From Eledone cirrhosa (Eukaryota), in the NCBI GenBank assembly GCA_964016885.1, contig OZ024743.1:78182001-78246000 (forward strand): a DNA stretch of 64,000 nucleotides, given 5' to 3'. The notes beneath the pieces were generated by a model. The model was not told where the DNA came from. It saw nothing but the letters and a program-made list of their open reading frames with translations, and did no database searches. A program made the translations under genes and the position numbers. This document shows, one piece after another, positions 23,667 to 36,765 of the stretch. Positions within the stretch are counted from its first letter, which is position 1; each line of letters begins with the position of its first letter.

Positions 23667-25775
23667 TTACAAGATTAATCTTTGTTGATTTGTCTTCTCA
23701 CAAAATAATCCAATACTAACTACTAATGCTACAACTAATTTTAGATAAGAAAAATTTAATATATCTGCTTATATCACTAAAGCTTAATAGTCTTTTGAAT
23801 TTTATTCTTGTTACATTTTTTTTATTCTTTTACCTCTGTGGTTATACTGGGACATTGCATTCAGGGGTTTATTTCATTATAACTACAGCCACCACTTACA
23901 AACAAGTATGACTTGGTAGTATGAACCATGCTTTTACTGAAGGTTTTAGGTGCTTGTACAGTGATGAGCAGACACAAACAGCCTCTTGATCCTCCATTCT
24001 TTGATCTAGTAGAACATAGGTTCTCAAACCTTTTGCCACCCCACTCACAGCCTATACACAAATTGTAAAATATTATAAAAATTGTAAATATTATAAAACA
24101 GTATATTCCTGGTACTCGTTCTATTGAACTACCAGAGGCTTTTATCTCTTAACATCTTATATACGAGAAAAACCAACCGGCAGGAGACCCAGTGGAAGAC
24201 TCTGAGCAAGATGGTTGGATAACATCTATGAGCTTGGCTGGTCTTACTTGGGGATCTAGCTGGATCAGTTGGAGATGATTGTTTCTGACAGGACCTGCTG
24301 GAAGGAGTGTTTGAAGACTCTTCCCCCACGACCCTCTCAAGAAGAAGAAGAAGAAGAAGAAGAAGAAGAAGAAGAATTATACAAGACCAATTACATAAGT
24401 GAGAAAACGATACTAAATTGGATTGATTCCAACATTTTTTTTATCACTTAGTCATAGGAAGAAGGAAAGCAGCCATGACCCTTTTTAGTGTCAGCAAGAC
24501 TGGAGAGAAGGTTGGAGGAACATCTTCAGACCTGAATGCTTGCAACTGAGTGGATTCTGTTAAAGGCACACACAAGAACCAGATTTTTCTCTCTAATATT
24601 CGAGAATAATCTCTCTAACTGACTTACACACAATTTCTGTTTACTAAATTTCCCTCACATGTGCCATGACAAAAAGCACCCAGTCCACCATGTAAGATGC
24701 TGGTGCCATAAAAATAAGCTCCCAGTACACATTGTAATGTGGCTAGCATTAGGAAGGGCATCCAGCTGTAGAAAACCCAGCCAAAATTAGATTGTATGAG
24801 TAATACAATGTCACATAACCTGCCTGGCTTCATAACGTAACAACCTGTCTAACCCATACAAGCATGTAAAAGGAAGGAGATGGTGAAAAATTATAGCAAA
24901 ATATCAGCTGGCGTTCAATTTGCTATGCTGTGTATGAGTGTATGTGAATGTGTGTATTTGTGTAAATGTATGTGTGTGTTTGTGGGAATGTATGTGTGAG
25001 TTTGTGTGAATGTATGTGTATTTGTGTGAATGTATATCTGTGAGTGTGTATTTTTCTAAGTGCGTCTGCGCTTGTGCGCTTATATTTATATACACATGCA
25101 CACACATATACACATACATGTCAGCATGGTGAAAAATATCATAGTACAATAAAACACAAAAATGTTATCAATATAAAGATATTAAATCTTCGATATTCTT
25201 CAGTTCATCTCAATACCTAATACAACAACAAGTATTTTAAGAACATTTTCCAAACTAAATCAAGGGTTAACCTTTTAGGCACAATGAGAAGCTTCTCCAT
25301 TTTGTCTTATCTTCTGCACCTCTCCCTCACCAACTCCCTGGTTTTCATTTCTTCTATCATATTAAGCCATGTCTTTCATGTTTGTTTGCTTCTTCCATTT
25401 CCTTTCACATTCATTTACCTTATTCCTCTCAATCAGCCATATTCATCCTTCCTCAACACATGATACAACCATCTCATTCCATTTCTGTGACTCTGTATCT
25501 TGGTTTTGAATAGGTGCACCATATCTCTGCAGTTTGTAAGAGGTGATGACTAAAAACGCTTGATACCAGGAAGGAGGGCATGAAGCCATAAAATATTGTT
25601 TCCCAAAAGGGCCCTGTGATATGTATAACTAAACATTTTACAATAATACTTTAATACACCTAAACGTGGCCCCTTAAAAGGGCCCCATGTAATATATAAC
25701 TTAATACATTATAGTAATATAATAATACAGCCATATGTTATGAGACATTGAAGAATATAACAAAGACATACTTAC

Positions 25776-26045
25776 CAACTAAAACAAATATTAAGTGTGA
25801 TCATTGCAAGCCGGAATGTTCTAAACAGATCAATAAAACTGTAGTTTCGCTCTTTTTTTGATATTTTTTTCTCATCTATATTTTGTTGAAAATTGTTTTC
25901 CAATGAAATCTCCTCATTATTTGTAAAAATATCAAAAACTTCTTCAAGATCTATTTTATTTTTCTTCATAATTTTCTTTAAAATTAGTTGTGCTTCTCTG
26001 AAATGTTTTCTTCCAATAAGCCACCTTGGAGACTCAGGAATACAC
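25776..26045 (-). CDS. SLC22/Orct-like transporter, coding exon 6 (central cytoplasmic loop)
   Basis: tccag acceptor, tg|gtaagt donor, 270 nt. Contains the PESPRWL motif and SFIDLFRT. Confidence 0.95.
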
Positions 26046-26989
26046 CTGGAATATTAATATAAAAAATAAAGAAAGGATGTTGAGTTTTAGTGTTTGAAGA
26101 ATGTGAAATAAATTACCGTTGAAGACGCTACTTTTTTCCTAAAATAAGTCTAAAATTCTACCTTGCCTCTTGGAGGCCGAAGGTTGTTTATTATTTAATA
26201 AAACATTTTTAGTTATCAAAATTAGGGTGCATCCTCGGTGCTGGGAAATATGGTAGGTACCGATATGACAGTGAGGTTTAGGAGTTGGCTTTGCAATTGA
26301 AATGTGGTAGACAGAAACTGTGGAGAAACCCATAGTTAATTTAAATTCTATATATATAAACATAGTTTAACTTATGCCAAAATCTCCAAAAGGTGAAAAG
26401 ACCAAACTAACTAATACAAGAGAATTTCACTTGCATCTTTGGCGTAACTTAAACTGTGTTTATATGCTTTTCTGATCTAGACATGTTAACCTATCTCATT
26501 CACTGAGATGTTCCATGTATTATGGTAACAAAATTTTCTTTTTCTCTGTTGGTTATATATATATCACCATCATCATCATCTTCCATGCTAGCATGGGTTA
26601 GACAGGTTTGTCCCATTTAGGAGCAAGTTGGGTTAGGTGACTGTATCTCACTCATTTAGGACCGTTTCTGGCTGGATGTCCTTCCTAGTGCCAACCACAT
26701 ATACAGTGTGGGCTGGATGTTTATGTCGATTTTCCATGCTAGCATGGGTTAGACGGGTTGTCCTGTTGTGGGCAATGCTAGGTCTGGTGACCATGTCTTG
26801 CTCATACAGGACTGATTCTGGCTTGGTTTCTACAGCTGGATGCCCTAATGTGAACCTCATTTACAGTGAGTACAGGGTGCTTTTTGTTGTGACGCCTATA
26901 TGACCACTTTACAGTGTGGACTGGGGGTTTCACTGGATACATTTACTTTGGCCTATCCTCATGGGGGTGTATGGGAGGATGAGTTGGAG

Positions 26990-27260
26990 CATACTGTATA
27001 TATGCTTTGGTTTCTGCTTGTGGGAAGTTGGGACCAGAGATCTCGGTCATGTGTCATTGCCTTTGAGAGGTGCAACTGGGCAAGGTCGGCTTTTATTACC
27101 TCATCATAAGTCTTCCTGGGTCTTCCCACTCCAAGGCTTCCATCAACTTTGAGCTCTCTGCACTTTTTTATGCAGCTGTCATGCTTCCTATGCATCACAT
27201 GTCCATATCAACACAATCTCTTCTCCTGCACACAGCATTTGATACCTCTTATGCACCTCT
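26990..27260 (-). mobile_element. RTE-type LINE 3' fragment
   Basis: DSCIKKCRELKVDGSLGVGRPRKTYDEVIKADL. Confidence 0.8.
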
Positions 27261-28386
27261 GGGTGAATTTATTGTGTAGATCACCACCACTTGGGAGGTT
27301 GTCATGGCCATAACACAATTGAAGGGTCCTTGTAACCCCTTATTTGGCAAGCTTTCTGTGGCTGGGTGCCTTTCTTATTACCATCCAGTTTAGAGTGTGT
27401 ACTGGGTGCATTTATCATGTTGATCACCAACACTAGAGGGATTGTTGTGTCATTGATACAACTGAGGAGTCCTCTCAATTCTTTTAGGTATGGTTTCTAC
27501 AGAGGAGTGCCCTTCCTCTTTCCAACCATCCTACAGGGTGTTCGGGGTGCATTAGTGAGAGTATCTAAGAGCTTTGCAGGGGTAATAGTTAAGGAGTGGT
27601 ACTGGGTGGAGGATGGGTGCAGGATGCAGAGGTGGTGGGGATAGCTGCTGGGGAGTGCTAGTGGAATGGGGGAACTCATGGATGGGTCAGGTCATATTGT
27701 ACTGTATGCTTGTGGACGGGTCTTCAACATCACAGCATGTTGCAAATAGAAAACCTCAACTGGAAATGCTCATTTGCTTATAGTGCTAACTTGGCAGGTT
27801 ATATTTAATTGACAGTAGCACTAAGATAACACTGCAGAATATACAATATATTTATGTACAGCTGATGTTTTCTATCTGCTATATGCAAATGAGCATCACC
27901 AGCAAAATCTATAAAGGCTCTAGTGTATTTTCATCTCAGAACAAGTTGAGTGAATGTCACTAATAAAAGATTAATGAAATTGGAAGCAGCTGTCTGGCAT
28001 TCTCACTGGCTACTCAGGTATTTTTGACATATTCTTCACAGAACAAAAGTGAAAAATACTTTTTTCATTATGAAAATTTATTTTTTCTTTGATAATGAGA
28101 TTTTCAGGTATATATTGTACACAAACATATTATATATATTATTATATACATCCCTATCATGCACAACGCTCTCTTAGTGCTACTGCTTTTAAATATATAT
28201 ATGTATATAAATGTATATCTAGAATAAGCATCAAGCATGAAAATGTAATTACTGAAATCAATATAACTGATTAAAAACGTTCAAAATGGTGCTCCAGTAT
28301 GGCCAAAGTCTAATGACTGAAACCAGTGAAAGAATTAAAAAAAGAAATATGAAATAAAATAGTTACATAAAATATACTTAACTTAC

Positions 28387-28555
28387 TTCCAGAAAAATAG
28401 ATTGATTATTGGTAAAATGCATACAGTCAGCTCAAGATAATGCCAGTCAGGTATAGCATAAGCAATAGCTACTAAAACCATTGATGCAATTGTAAACATG
28501 GTCATAAAAACAAAGTTCACAGGTGTACGGATACTGGAAGAAGAAAATTCTAAAA
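28387..28555 (-). CDS. SLC22/Orct-like transporter, coding exon 5
   Basis: tacag acceptor, aa|gtaagt donor, 169 nt, LEFSSSSIRT...AYAIPDWHYLEL...FFW. Confidence 0.93.
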
Positions 28556-28629
28556 CTGTAAAATAAAATAAAAAAAAGATTATCAATATAATTTATATTT
28601 GTGAAGAGAAGAAGAAGACAAACAATGGA

Positions 28630-28925
28630 TTGTAGAGTATGATGGGAATAGAGCCAGTGATGAATTTTATGGAGAGAGAAATGGAATGAGATGGATGGTG
28701 CATGTATTGAGGAAGGATGAAAGTGACTGGGTGGGAGAAGTGATAGAAATGGATGTGATAGGAAACTGGGGAAAGGGAAGACCAGGAAAGATATGGCTAA
28801 AGACAATAGAGGAAGAAAAGATGAGCAGGGCATTAGTGAGAGGGAGTGCAGTCAATAAGGAAAAAATGGAGAAGCTTGTCATGGGGCCTGCAAGGCTAAC
28901 CCCTACTTTAGCAGAAGAAATGGCC
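28630..28925 (+). mobile_element. Old RTE-type LINE 3' fragment
   Basis: MRWMVHVLRKDESDWV...GKGRPGKIW. Confidence 0.65.
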
Positions 28926-28929
28926 TTAA

Positions 28930-29138
28930 CCCATTAGCATTTAAACTGGCCATATCAGGTCAGAATTCTCTCACCTCTTTCTGTTCAAACCAACTGTAAC
29001 TGGCCGATCATACTGATGTCAAGTTATTGTTCTCAAAATAACTAATATCAAAATCTCATGGAGTCAGTATTATGTGAGGTAAAGCCTTTTTTTGTTAAAA
29101 TACAATAGTAAATATAGAGTAATATGAATGCTAAAGCT
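28930..29138. mobile_element. TTAA-flanked MITE
   Basis: ttaa cccattagcattta ... aatgctaaagct ttaa. The internal sequence matches 2920-3122. Confidence 0.7.
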
Positions 29139-29311
29139 TTAATATACTTGTTGAATAAGTCCCTATTGATTTTGAATAATTACACACAATATTATATTAC
29201 CGTTATCTCCCTCGGGTGTGTATATACTTATAAGATCGATATGATGGAAATCCGCCAGTAACATTGTAATATATTCTTCTGTATTTGAATTCGACTTTTC
29301 ACGATTGATAA

Positions 29312-30872
29312 CACTGTGTAACAAAAAAAAATGTTTTTCTCTGTTCCTGGCTTGTAATCACTTTTTTTTGTGTTGCTTAGGTCCCAAATAAATAAAAAAA
29401 AGTACTATTAAACAGTTAAAAGTTTGGGTTTGTAAAAATTCTAAGCTATTCACTAGAATTATTTGTATGCTGGATTTTACGTTGTATGTAAGTTTAATTT
29501 GCTTATGTTAAATGATTTTTTTTAATATGTTTCAGGTTAAATTAAAATTATAAAATAAAGAGTAATACCTAAAGTAAATTATAAAAGTGCAATAAAGTAT
29601 ACAATTGTTAAAAAGTGGATTAAAGAGATTTATTGAATAAAGGGTAAGTTGTGTTTTAAGCACGAATTTTCATTAGGATGATTAGTGTTCTTTTATATTA
29701 TTTAAATATGTATTTCCCTTTCCAATATTTATTTTGTATTGCATATCAAATTTATTTTGTATTTTAGGTTTCGATCATGACATTAGACTTGTAATTAAAC
29801 ATTTCTTTCATTGAACTGCACTGTAATTTGGTGCTAAATATTAATTTTTGTTTTCAAAATTTGATGATTTTAGCCTGAATTACTCTACTTATTTTATACA
29901 TGTATGTTCATTTAACATAGAGGCTTTATCAAATTCCAATGCTTTCTCTGCCTTTGGGACAGCAGAGCCACCTCTGACCACTACAAAAGAGAACTGGGAG
30001 CAGCGAACAGAATTTGTAGTTGGAACCCGGAACGTCATGTGGGAGCCACTGGTTGATCCGAGGATTATGCTCATGCCGCCACTGCACATTAAGTTGGGGT
30101 TGATGAAGCAGTTTGTGAAGGCTCTCAACCAAGAATCAGCAGCTTTTAAGTACCTTCTTGAGCTCTTCCCCAAGTTATCTGAGGCCAAAATCAAAAGGTG
30201 GAATTTTTGTTGGACCTGAGATAAAGAAGATGTTTGAGTCTACCGAGTTCTCCAATAAGCTCAATAGGATTGAGAGAACAGCATGGAACTGTTTCAAGGC
30301 AGTTGTTAAGGGCTTCCTGTGAAACTACAGAGCTGAAAACTACCAGCAACTGGTGCAGGATCTGATAAAGGCTTTTGGCGCCATGGGATGCAGGATGTCG
30401 CTTAAACTCCATATGCTGGACGCTCACCTGGAAAAATTCAAGGACAATATGGGCGCCTACTCAGAAGAACAAGGCGAACGATTCCACCAAGATGTGAAAG
30501 AGATAGAGTGGAGGTACCAGAGCTACTACAGTGAAAAAATGATGGGGGACTATATAGTGCAGGAATGTGACCTGGACTACAACCGCAAATCCAGGAAATC
30601 CAGTCATTTCTGACGTGTATCAGTTGCTTTATAAGTGTTATTTGTTTTTACTTGTTTGATTTTGATAAGCTTGTGTAATAAAATAAATATATACTCTGTT
30701 GATTTAATTATATGAACTGATAAATAAAAAAAAAATGTGTTTTTTCGAAATATCAAACTCCTGACCACAAACACAAACTTTTGATTAAATAATAGTGTTT
30801 TGTGATAATAACGGGATATAGCAAACCAGGAAATAACAGTTAGAACCGGGAAAAAAAATATGTTACACGGTG
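29312..30872 (+). mobile_element. Chapaev3-like (CMC) DNA transposon, defective
   Basis: TIRs cactgtgtaaca/tgttacacggtg with a 3-bp TAA duplication on both sides. Broken transposase C-terminus PPLHIKLGLMKQFVKAL...MSLKLHMLDAH...EEQGERFHQD. Confidence 0.8.
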
Positions 30873-31320
30873 TAATTGAGGATAGCGATTTCAAGATGAC
30901 AACAAAGTGATAAAACATGTAAATACTAGAAATAAATCCTACTGTACCGCTTATCTGTGTTAATCATCTTTTTACCTATTATATATGTATATATATGTAT
31001 ATATGTATATATATATATATATCAGCATCATCATCATTTTACGTCTGCTTTTCCCTGCTTGCAAAGGTGGGGCGGGAACTGATTCTGGCTTGATTTCTAC
31101 AGCTGGATGCCCTTCCTAACACCAACCTCATTTACAGTGAGTGCTGGGTGCTTTTTTGCAATGGAATGATAGGAACCCCAGTTCTATCATCTCATTTCTA
31201 CAACTGAGTAAACTGGAGCAATGAGAAATAAAGTGTCAAGTGCTCAACACACATTATTTCACGATGCTCCACCCAGTCACATAAAAGTATTAAAAAAAAT
31301 AAATAAATATATATATATAT

Positions 31321-32312
31321 AGGAGTTTAAGACTGGCTGTCCATGGGAACTTCTCTATGCTGATGATCTGGTTCTTATAGCAGTATCATTAGAGGAGCTG
31401 GAAAATAAATTCTGGCTATGGAAACAGCAGTTGGAATCAAGAGGACTGAAAGTGAACCTAGCTAAGACAAAAGTCTTGATGAGTAGAAAAGAGGACAAAA
31501 CTTTGACTCCGTCAGGGAAATGGCCATGTTCGATATGCAGAAAAGGAACTGGCATAAATTCTATAAAATGGACACAATGCAGATCTCGGGTACACAAGAG
31601 ATGTAGCGGGATAGCAGGAAAACTAACAGGTAGGGAGAAATACGTATGCAGTAGATGTACAGGGAAATTTGACAGTAGAAGTCGCATTGATAGACACATT
31701 TTTCAAATGCAGGTGGGTGCTATAGAAGTGGTTGATTGCTTCCAGTACCTAGGTGATCAGATTAGCATTGGAGGGGGATGTTCCGAGGCCATAGTATCTA
31801 GAATAAGGACGGGTTGGAAGAAGTTTAGGGAGCTGCTTCCTCTGCTGATGAAGAAGGGTTTCTCCCTGCGTACAAAAGACCAGTTATATGATGCCTGTGT
31901 GAGGTGCACAATGCTGCATGGTAGTGAGAGATGGGCAGCAACTGCAGAGGATATGCGATGACTGGAGAAAAATGAGGCAAGCATGCTCCGTTGGATGTGC
32001 AATGTCAATGTGGATGAACGGCTGAGCAAGGATGTGACTGAGAGGGATAAATTGTAGTGTGCGGTGGTATGGACATGTGATGCGCATGGAGAATGACCGA
32101 TAGGTGAAGAAGTGCCAATAAATGGCAGTTGAAGGTATACGTAGTAGAGGAAGACCACGAAAAAGATGGGCGGAGGTGGTGAGAGCAGACCTCAGATCGC
32201 TGAAGCTCACGGTGGAGATGATGAAGGACCGTGACAAGTGGAGAGATGCTGTGCTGAATAGGACCCGTCCCACCTTTGCAAGCAGGGAAAAGCGGACGTA
32301 AAATGATGATGC
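31321..32312 (+). mobile_element. 5'-truncated RTE-type LINE with PHD finger
   Basis: LLYADDL, GLKVNLAKTK, WPCSIC...VHKRC...CSRC, YLG; tail ggacgtaaaatgatgatg. Confidence 0.88.
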
Positions 32313-32425
32313 TATATATATATTATCTATCTATATATATACATATAAAAATGAGCGGAACAAGTAAACATTAAACAATCTTTTAAATAAATTAAAATAC
32401 GATTTAAATATTCACCTGTTCTAAT

Positions 32426-32505
32426 GCTATTACCGACGGTTTCGCTTATCAAAAGATTGGAAATTCAGAGAATTTCCAATGGAAAGAATCAGCTCTTCAG
32501 ACAGC
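32426..32505 (-). ncRNA. Type I hammerhead ribozyme motif (antisense copy of 32915-32994)
   Basis: Reverse-complement copy in the left arm with an intact core. Confidence 0.8.
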
Positions 32506-32914
32506 TATTTCCATTCTATAGGGCATAAAGCCTCATGGTTTGTAAATATATCGCTTCCTGCCCGATGCATGAGGTCAGGCCGTTAAAGTGACCCACACAT
32601 AAATAGGCCATAAGTAAAAGCGGGATTATAGAATCGTTGATATTACATGCTACTAAAAAAATAGCAAATTAGTACCATTGAACAGCAATTATTATAAACA
32701 CCATGTATATTTCCGTAGGTACTCAGTACCTGCTGGAATATTTATATCATTTTATATGTATTCTCCTTCTATGTAGAGAACAAAATGTTGTATCGTGCCT
32801 CTATTTTTTTTACTTATGGCCTATTTATGTGTGTGTCACTTTAACGGCCTGACCTCATGCATCGGGCGATATATTTACAAACTGTGAGGCTTTATGCCCT
32901 ATAGAATGGAAATA

Positions 32915-32994
32915 GCTGTCTGAAGAGCTGATTCTTTCCATTGGAAATTCTCTGATTTTCCAATCTTTTGATAAGCGAAACCGTCGGTAATAGC
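32915..32994 (+). ncRNA. Type I hammerhead ribozyme motif (extended stem II)
   Basis: Stem I gctgt/atagc, core CTGAAGA, stem II gct/agc enclosing the ttggaaa..tttccaa hairpin, GAAA, stem III accg-t-cggt, triplet GTA. Confidence 0.82.
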
Positions 32995-33164
32995 ATTAGA
33001 ACAGGTGAATATTTAAATCGTATTTTAATTTATTTAAAAGATTGTTTAATGTTTACTTGTTCCGGTCATTTTTATAGTTCTGGTGTCTCAAATTAGTACC
33101 ATTGAACAACAATTATTATAGACACCATGTATATTTCCATGTATATATATATATATATATATAT

Positions 33165-34990
33165 AACCAGGTAATACTAGAAGGTGTCATACCAAAAGAT
33201 TGGTGCAGTAGCATCATTGTCAACTGCTACAAAGGTAAAGGTGATGCACTAGATAGAGGAAACTATAGAGGTATAAAGTTGATGGACCAGGTCATGAAAG
33301 TAACAGAAAGAGTTATAGCACAGTTGATTAGGGACCGGGTGAAAATAGACGAGATGCAATTTGGGTTTGTACCAGGAAGAGGCACCACTGATGCCCTCTT
33401 CCTTGTGAGGCAGTTACAGGAAAAGTACATAGCTAAAAGTAAGCCACTCTACTTGGCATTTGTCGACCTTGAGAAAGCCTTTGACAGAGTTCCACGTGCT
33501 GTAATCTGGTGGGCTCTTAGAAAACTAGGAGTAGATGAATGGCTTGTGAAAGCGGTACAAGCCATGTATAGGGGAGCAGTCAGCAAAGTTATGATTAGCA
33601 ATGAGTATAGCGAGGAATTTAGCGTACAGGCTGGGGTCCACCAGGGCTCTATTCTTAGCCCCCTCCTGTTCATCATAGTCCTGCAGGCAATAAGGGAGGA
33701 GTTTAAGACCGGATGCCCATGGGAACTCCTGTATGCTGATGACCTCGCACTTATAGCTGTATCTATGGTAGAACTAGAGAATAAATTCCAAACTTGGAAG
33801 CAGGGACTAGAAAGAAGGGGTCTCAAAGTCAATATGACAAAGACTAAGGTCCTTGTAAGTAGACGAGAAAACAGAACACAGATCCCCTCAGGGAAATGGC
33901 CTTGCTCAGTATGTAGGAAAGGTGTAGGTAGGAACTCCATTCTCTGCCCCAAATGCAAACAATGGGTACACAAGACATGTAGCGGGATCTCAGGAAGCTT
34001 AATTAAGAATGTAGGCTTCACATGCAGCAGCTGTGCTGGGACAGCAAGCAGCAAACAGCCACAGGAAACGAGTACCACCAATCTCTGGGAGGGCTCTGTA
34101 GAAACAGTAGACAGCTTCTGCTACCTAGGTGACTGAATTAGCAACGGAGGTGGGTGTTCAGAAAGTACAATAACTAGGGTAAGAACGGGATGGAAGAAGT
34201 TTAGGGAACTACTACCACTGCTAGCTGCAAAAGGCTTCTCCCTCAGAATGAAAGGCAGACTGTATGATGCATGTATACGAACAGCAATGTTACATGGTAG
34301 TGAGACCTGGGCGCTGAAGGTGGGAGACTTACGTAGATTAGAGAGAAACGAAGCCTGCATGCTCCGATGGATGTGTAACAGTAATACACGTGAACGACAA
34401 AGCATAAATGAATTGAGAGAGAGACTGAGCATAAGAGGAATAAAATGCTGTGTACAGGAGAGGCGGTTGCGCTGGTATGGACATGTGATGCGTATGAAGG
34501 ATGACAGCTGCATAAAAAGGTGCAGAGCGCTAGAAGTCGATGGAAGCCGCGGAGTAGGGAGACCCAGGATGACCTGGGATGAGGTGATAAAAGCCAACCT
34601 TACCCAATTACACCTCACACGACTGTGACCTCTGGCGTCACGCAGTAATACAGAGTACCCGACCTCCCATGGGTACAAGCTGAAGCATATAGACAATATG
34701 CCCCCACACCCCCCCACCGCAAGGTGGTCGTGGAGGTGCCACGCCAAAAAAGCACCCAGCCCACACTGTAAAGTGGACGTGTAGGCGCCACGAAAAAGCA
34801 CCCAGCACTCACTGTAAATGAGGTTGGTGTTAAGAAGGGCATCCAGCTGTAGAAATCAAGCCAAATCAGTTCCTGTATGAGCAAGGCATGGTCAGCCGAC
34901 CAGACACTGCCCACAACAGGACAACCCGTCTAACCCATGCTAGCGTGGAAGAATGGACGTAAAACGGTGATGATGATGATGATGATGATA
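33165..34990 (+). mobile_element. 5'-truncated RTE-type LINE (RT + PHD finger), low divergence
   Basis: NYRGIKL, QFGF, DLEKAFDRV, GVHQGS, YADD, then CSVC..CPKC..HKTC..CSSC. One stop at 34134. The 3' UTR is shared with the SINE family. Confidence 0.92.
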
Positions 34991-35150
34991 TATATATATG
35001 TGTGTGTGTGTGTGTCTGTGTATGCAATGAAGAAATATATTAGTTTTATGCTTGAGATAGGAAAATAGAATGTGAAATTAAGTGGAGAGTGGGCAGTGAC
35101 AGAAACGAAAAAAAATTTTTTGAGAAAAAACAGTTTGGAGAACAACTTAC

Positions 35151-35305
35151 TCAGTGAATACAGGGTCAATGAAATACCAATATTTGCAGCAGCATGAATA
35201 CAATGAAGAACCATAAAAATAGTTAATGATGGTATGAAGATTTTACCAGTTCCAAAAATAGCTACACATGAACTTGTCAGGAGAAATATGGGTTTGCGAC
35301 CAAAT
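35151..35305 (-). CDS. SLC22/Orct-like transporter, coding exon 4
   Basis: tag acceptor, a|gtaagt donor, 155 nt, (R)FGRKPIFLLTSSCVAIFG...LTLYSL. Completes motif A (DRFGRK); phases match both neighbours. Confidence 0.93.
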
Positions 35306-35639
35306 CTATAGGGAAAACAATGTAATCTTAAACACATATATTCAATAGAGAATAGAAACCTCATTAAAAATAAATTTTTGATCAATGGTGAATTGAACAA
35401 CATTGTTATATTTCTAATGAAAGATACTGCTTATGATTTGAAAATGATTTCAGAAATAATCAAGAATTCAGAAGGGTTTAATGATATAGAGGTAGATATC
35501 TCATTTGGGATGCCACTCAGTGACTCTTTTGCTCCTTCCCTTATCCTAGATGTTGTGGTAAAAATGAGGGTCACTGCTTCTGTAGCTGAATAGAATAAAA
35601 TTAAATGGTGGTGATGATGATGATGATATATATATATAT

Positions 35640-36445
35640 ATTATCATTACCATCTTTACCCTCACCATTTAACGCCTATTTTTTTCCACGTTAGCATGTG
35701 TTAGACGAGTTGTCATGTGAGATAGGCCAGGTCAGATGACCATGACTTACTCATACAGAACTGATTTTGGCTTGGTTTCTACAGCTGGATGCCCTTCCTA
35801 ATGCCAACCACATTTACAGTGTGAACTGGATGTTTTTTTGCTGTGACATCTACACGACCACTTTATAATGTGGGTTGGGTGCTTTTTGGCAAGACCACTT
35901 TACAGTATGGGCTGGGTGCATTTTGTCTTGATATCTACATGATCATTTTAAAGTGTGGGCTGGGCACTTTTTGTTGTGTCACCATCACAACCACCTTACA
36001 GTGTGTGTTGGGGACTTTGGTAGGGGAGATGTGTGGGGACTGGGGAGATGGGTATAGGGGCATGTGTGAGGAGGCAAATTGTTAGGACATGGGTGGGGTG
36101 TTATGACGTGAGACGTGTATGGAAGGGGGGATGGAGGTGAAGGTGGTGCATACAAGATGTATGCTTAGGCTGTGCTTATTACTGCATAATGCTAGAGATC
36201 TCGGTCCTATGTCATTGAATTTGGGAGGTGCAGTTGTGCAAGGTCAGTTTTTATCACCTCATCCCAAATCTTCCTGGGTCTTCCTATTCCATACCTTTCA
36301 TCAACTTAGAGTGCCCGGCACCTTTTTATTCAGCTGTCATTCTTCATACACATCACATGTCCATACTAACATAATCTCCTCTCCTGCACAATGCATGTAA
36401 TTCCTCTTATGCCTAGTTTCTCTTTCAGTTTGTATATGCTTTGCT
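35640..36445 (-). mobile_element. RTE-type LINE 3' end with long SINE-like tail
   Basis: Reverse-complement similarity to 34400-34990. Confidence 0.7.
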
Positions 36446-36765
36446 GTTAGATCCCGTTAAGGGTGAAAGCAGCGATCCTTTGCTTAAACTTTAATCTGTT
36501 ATTTTAATAAATATATATATATATATATGTGTGTGCGTACATATAGTCAATATTTTCAAAGATTGATAGATAAATATAGACAAAGAAAGAGATTGAACAT
36601 GAATACTTGCCTCAAAAAGTAATAGAAGGAGGCTCTAACATCCATTGTTGATTGATACACATTACTTAGAGTTGAATTGATATTTATTTGCTTTCATTTT
36701 GATTTTGTATTTCTATGTGAAATATTTATGTAATTATGTATTGTATATATTATTTGTGAATATTA

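Larger units (their letters stand above)
32345..33076. repeat. Inverted repeat (~270-bp arms) resembling inverted Penelope pseudo-LTRs
   Basis: 32345-32619 is the reverse complement of ~32806-33076. Each arm contains a hammerhead motif; a ~48-bp direct repeat occurs at 32668 and 33091. Confidence 0.9.
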
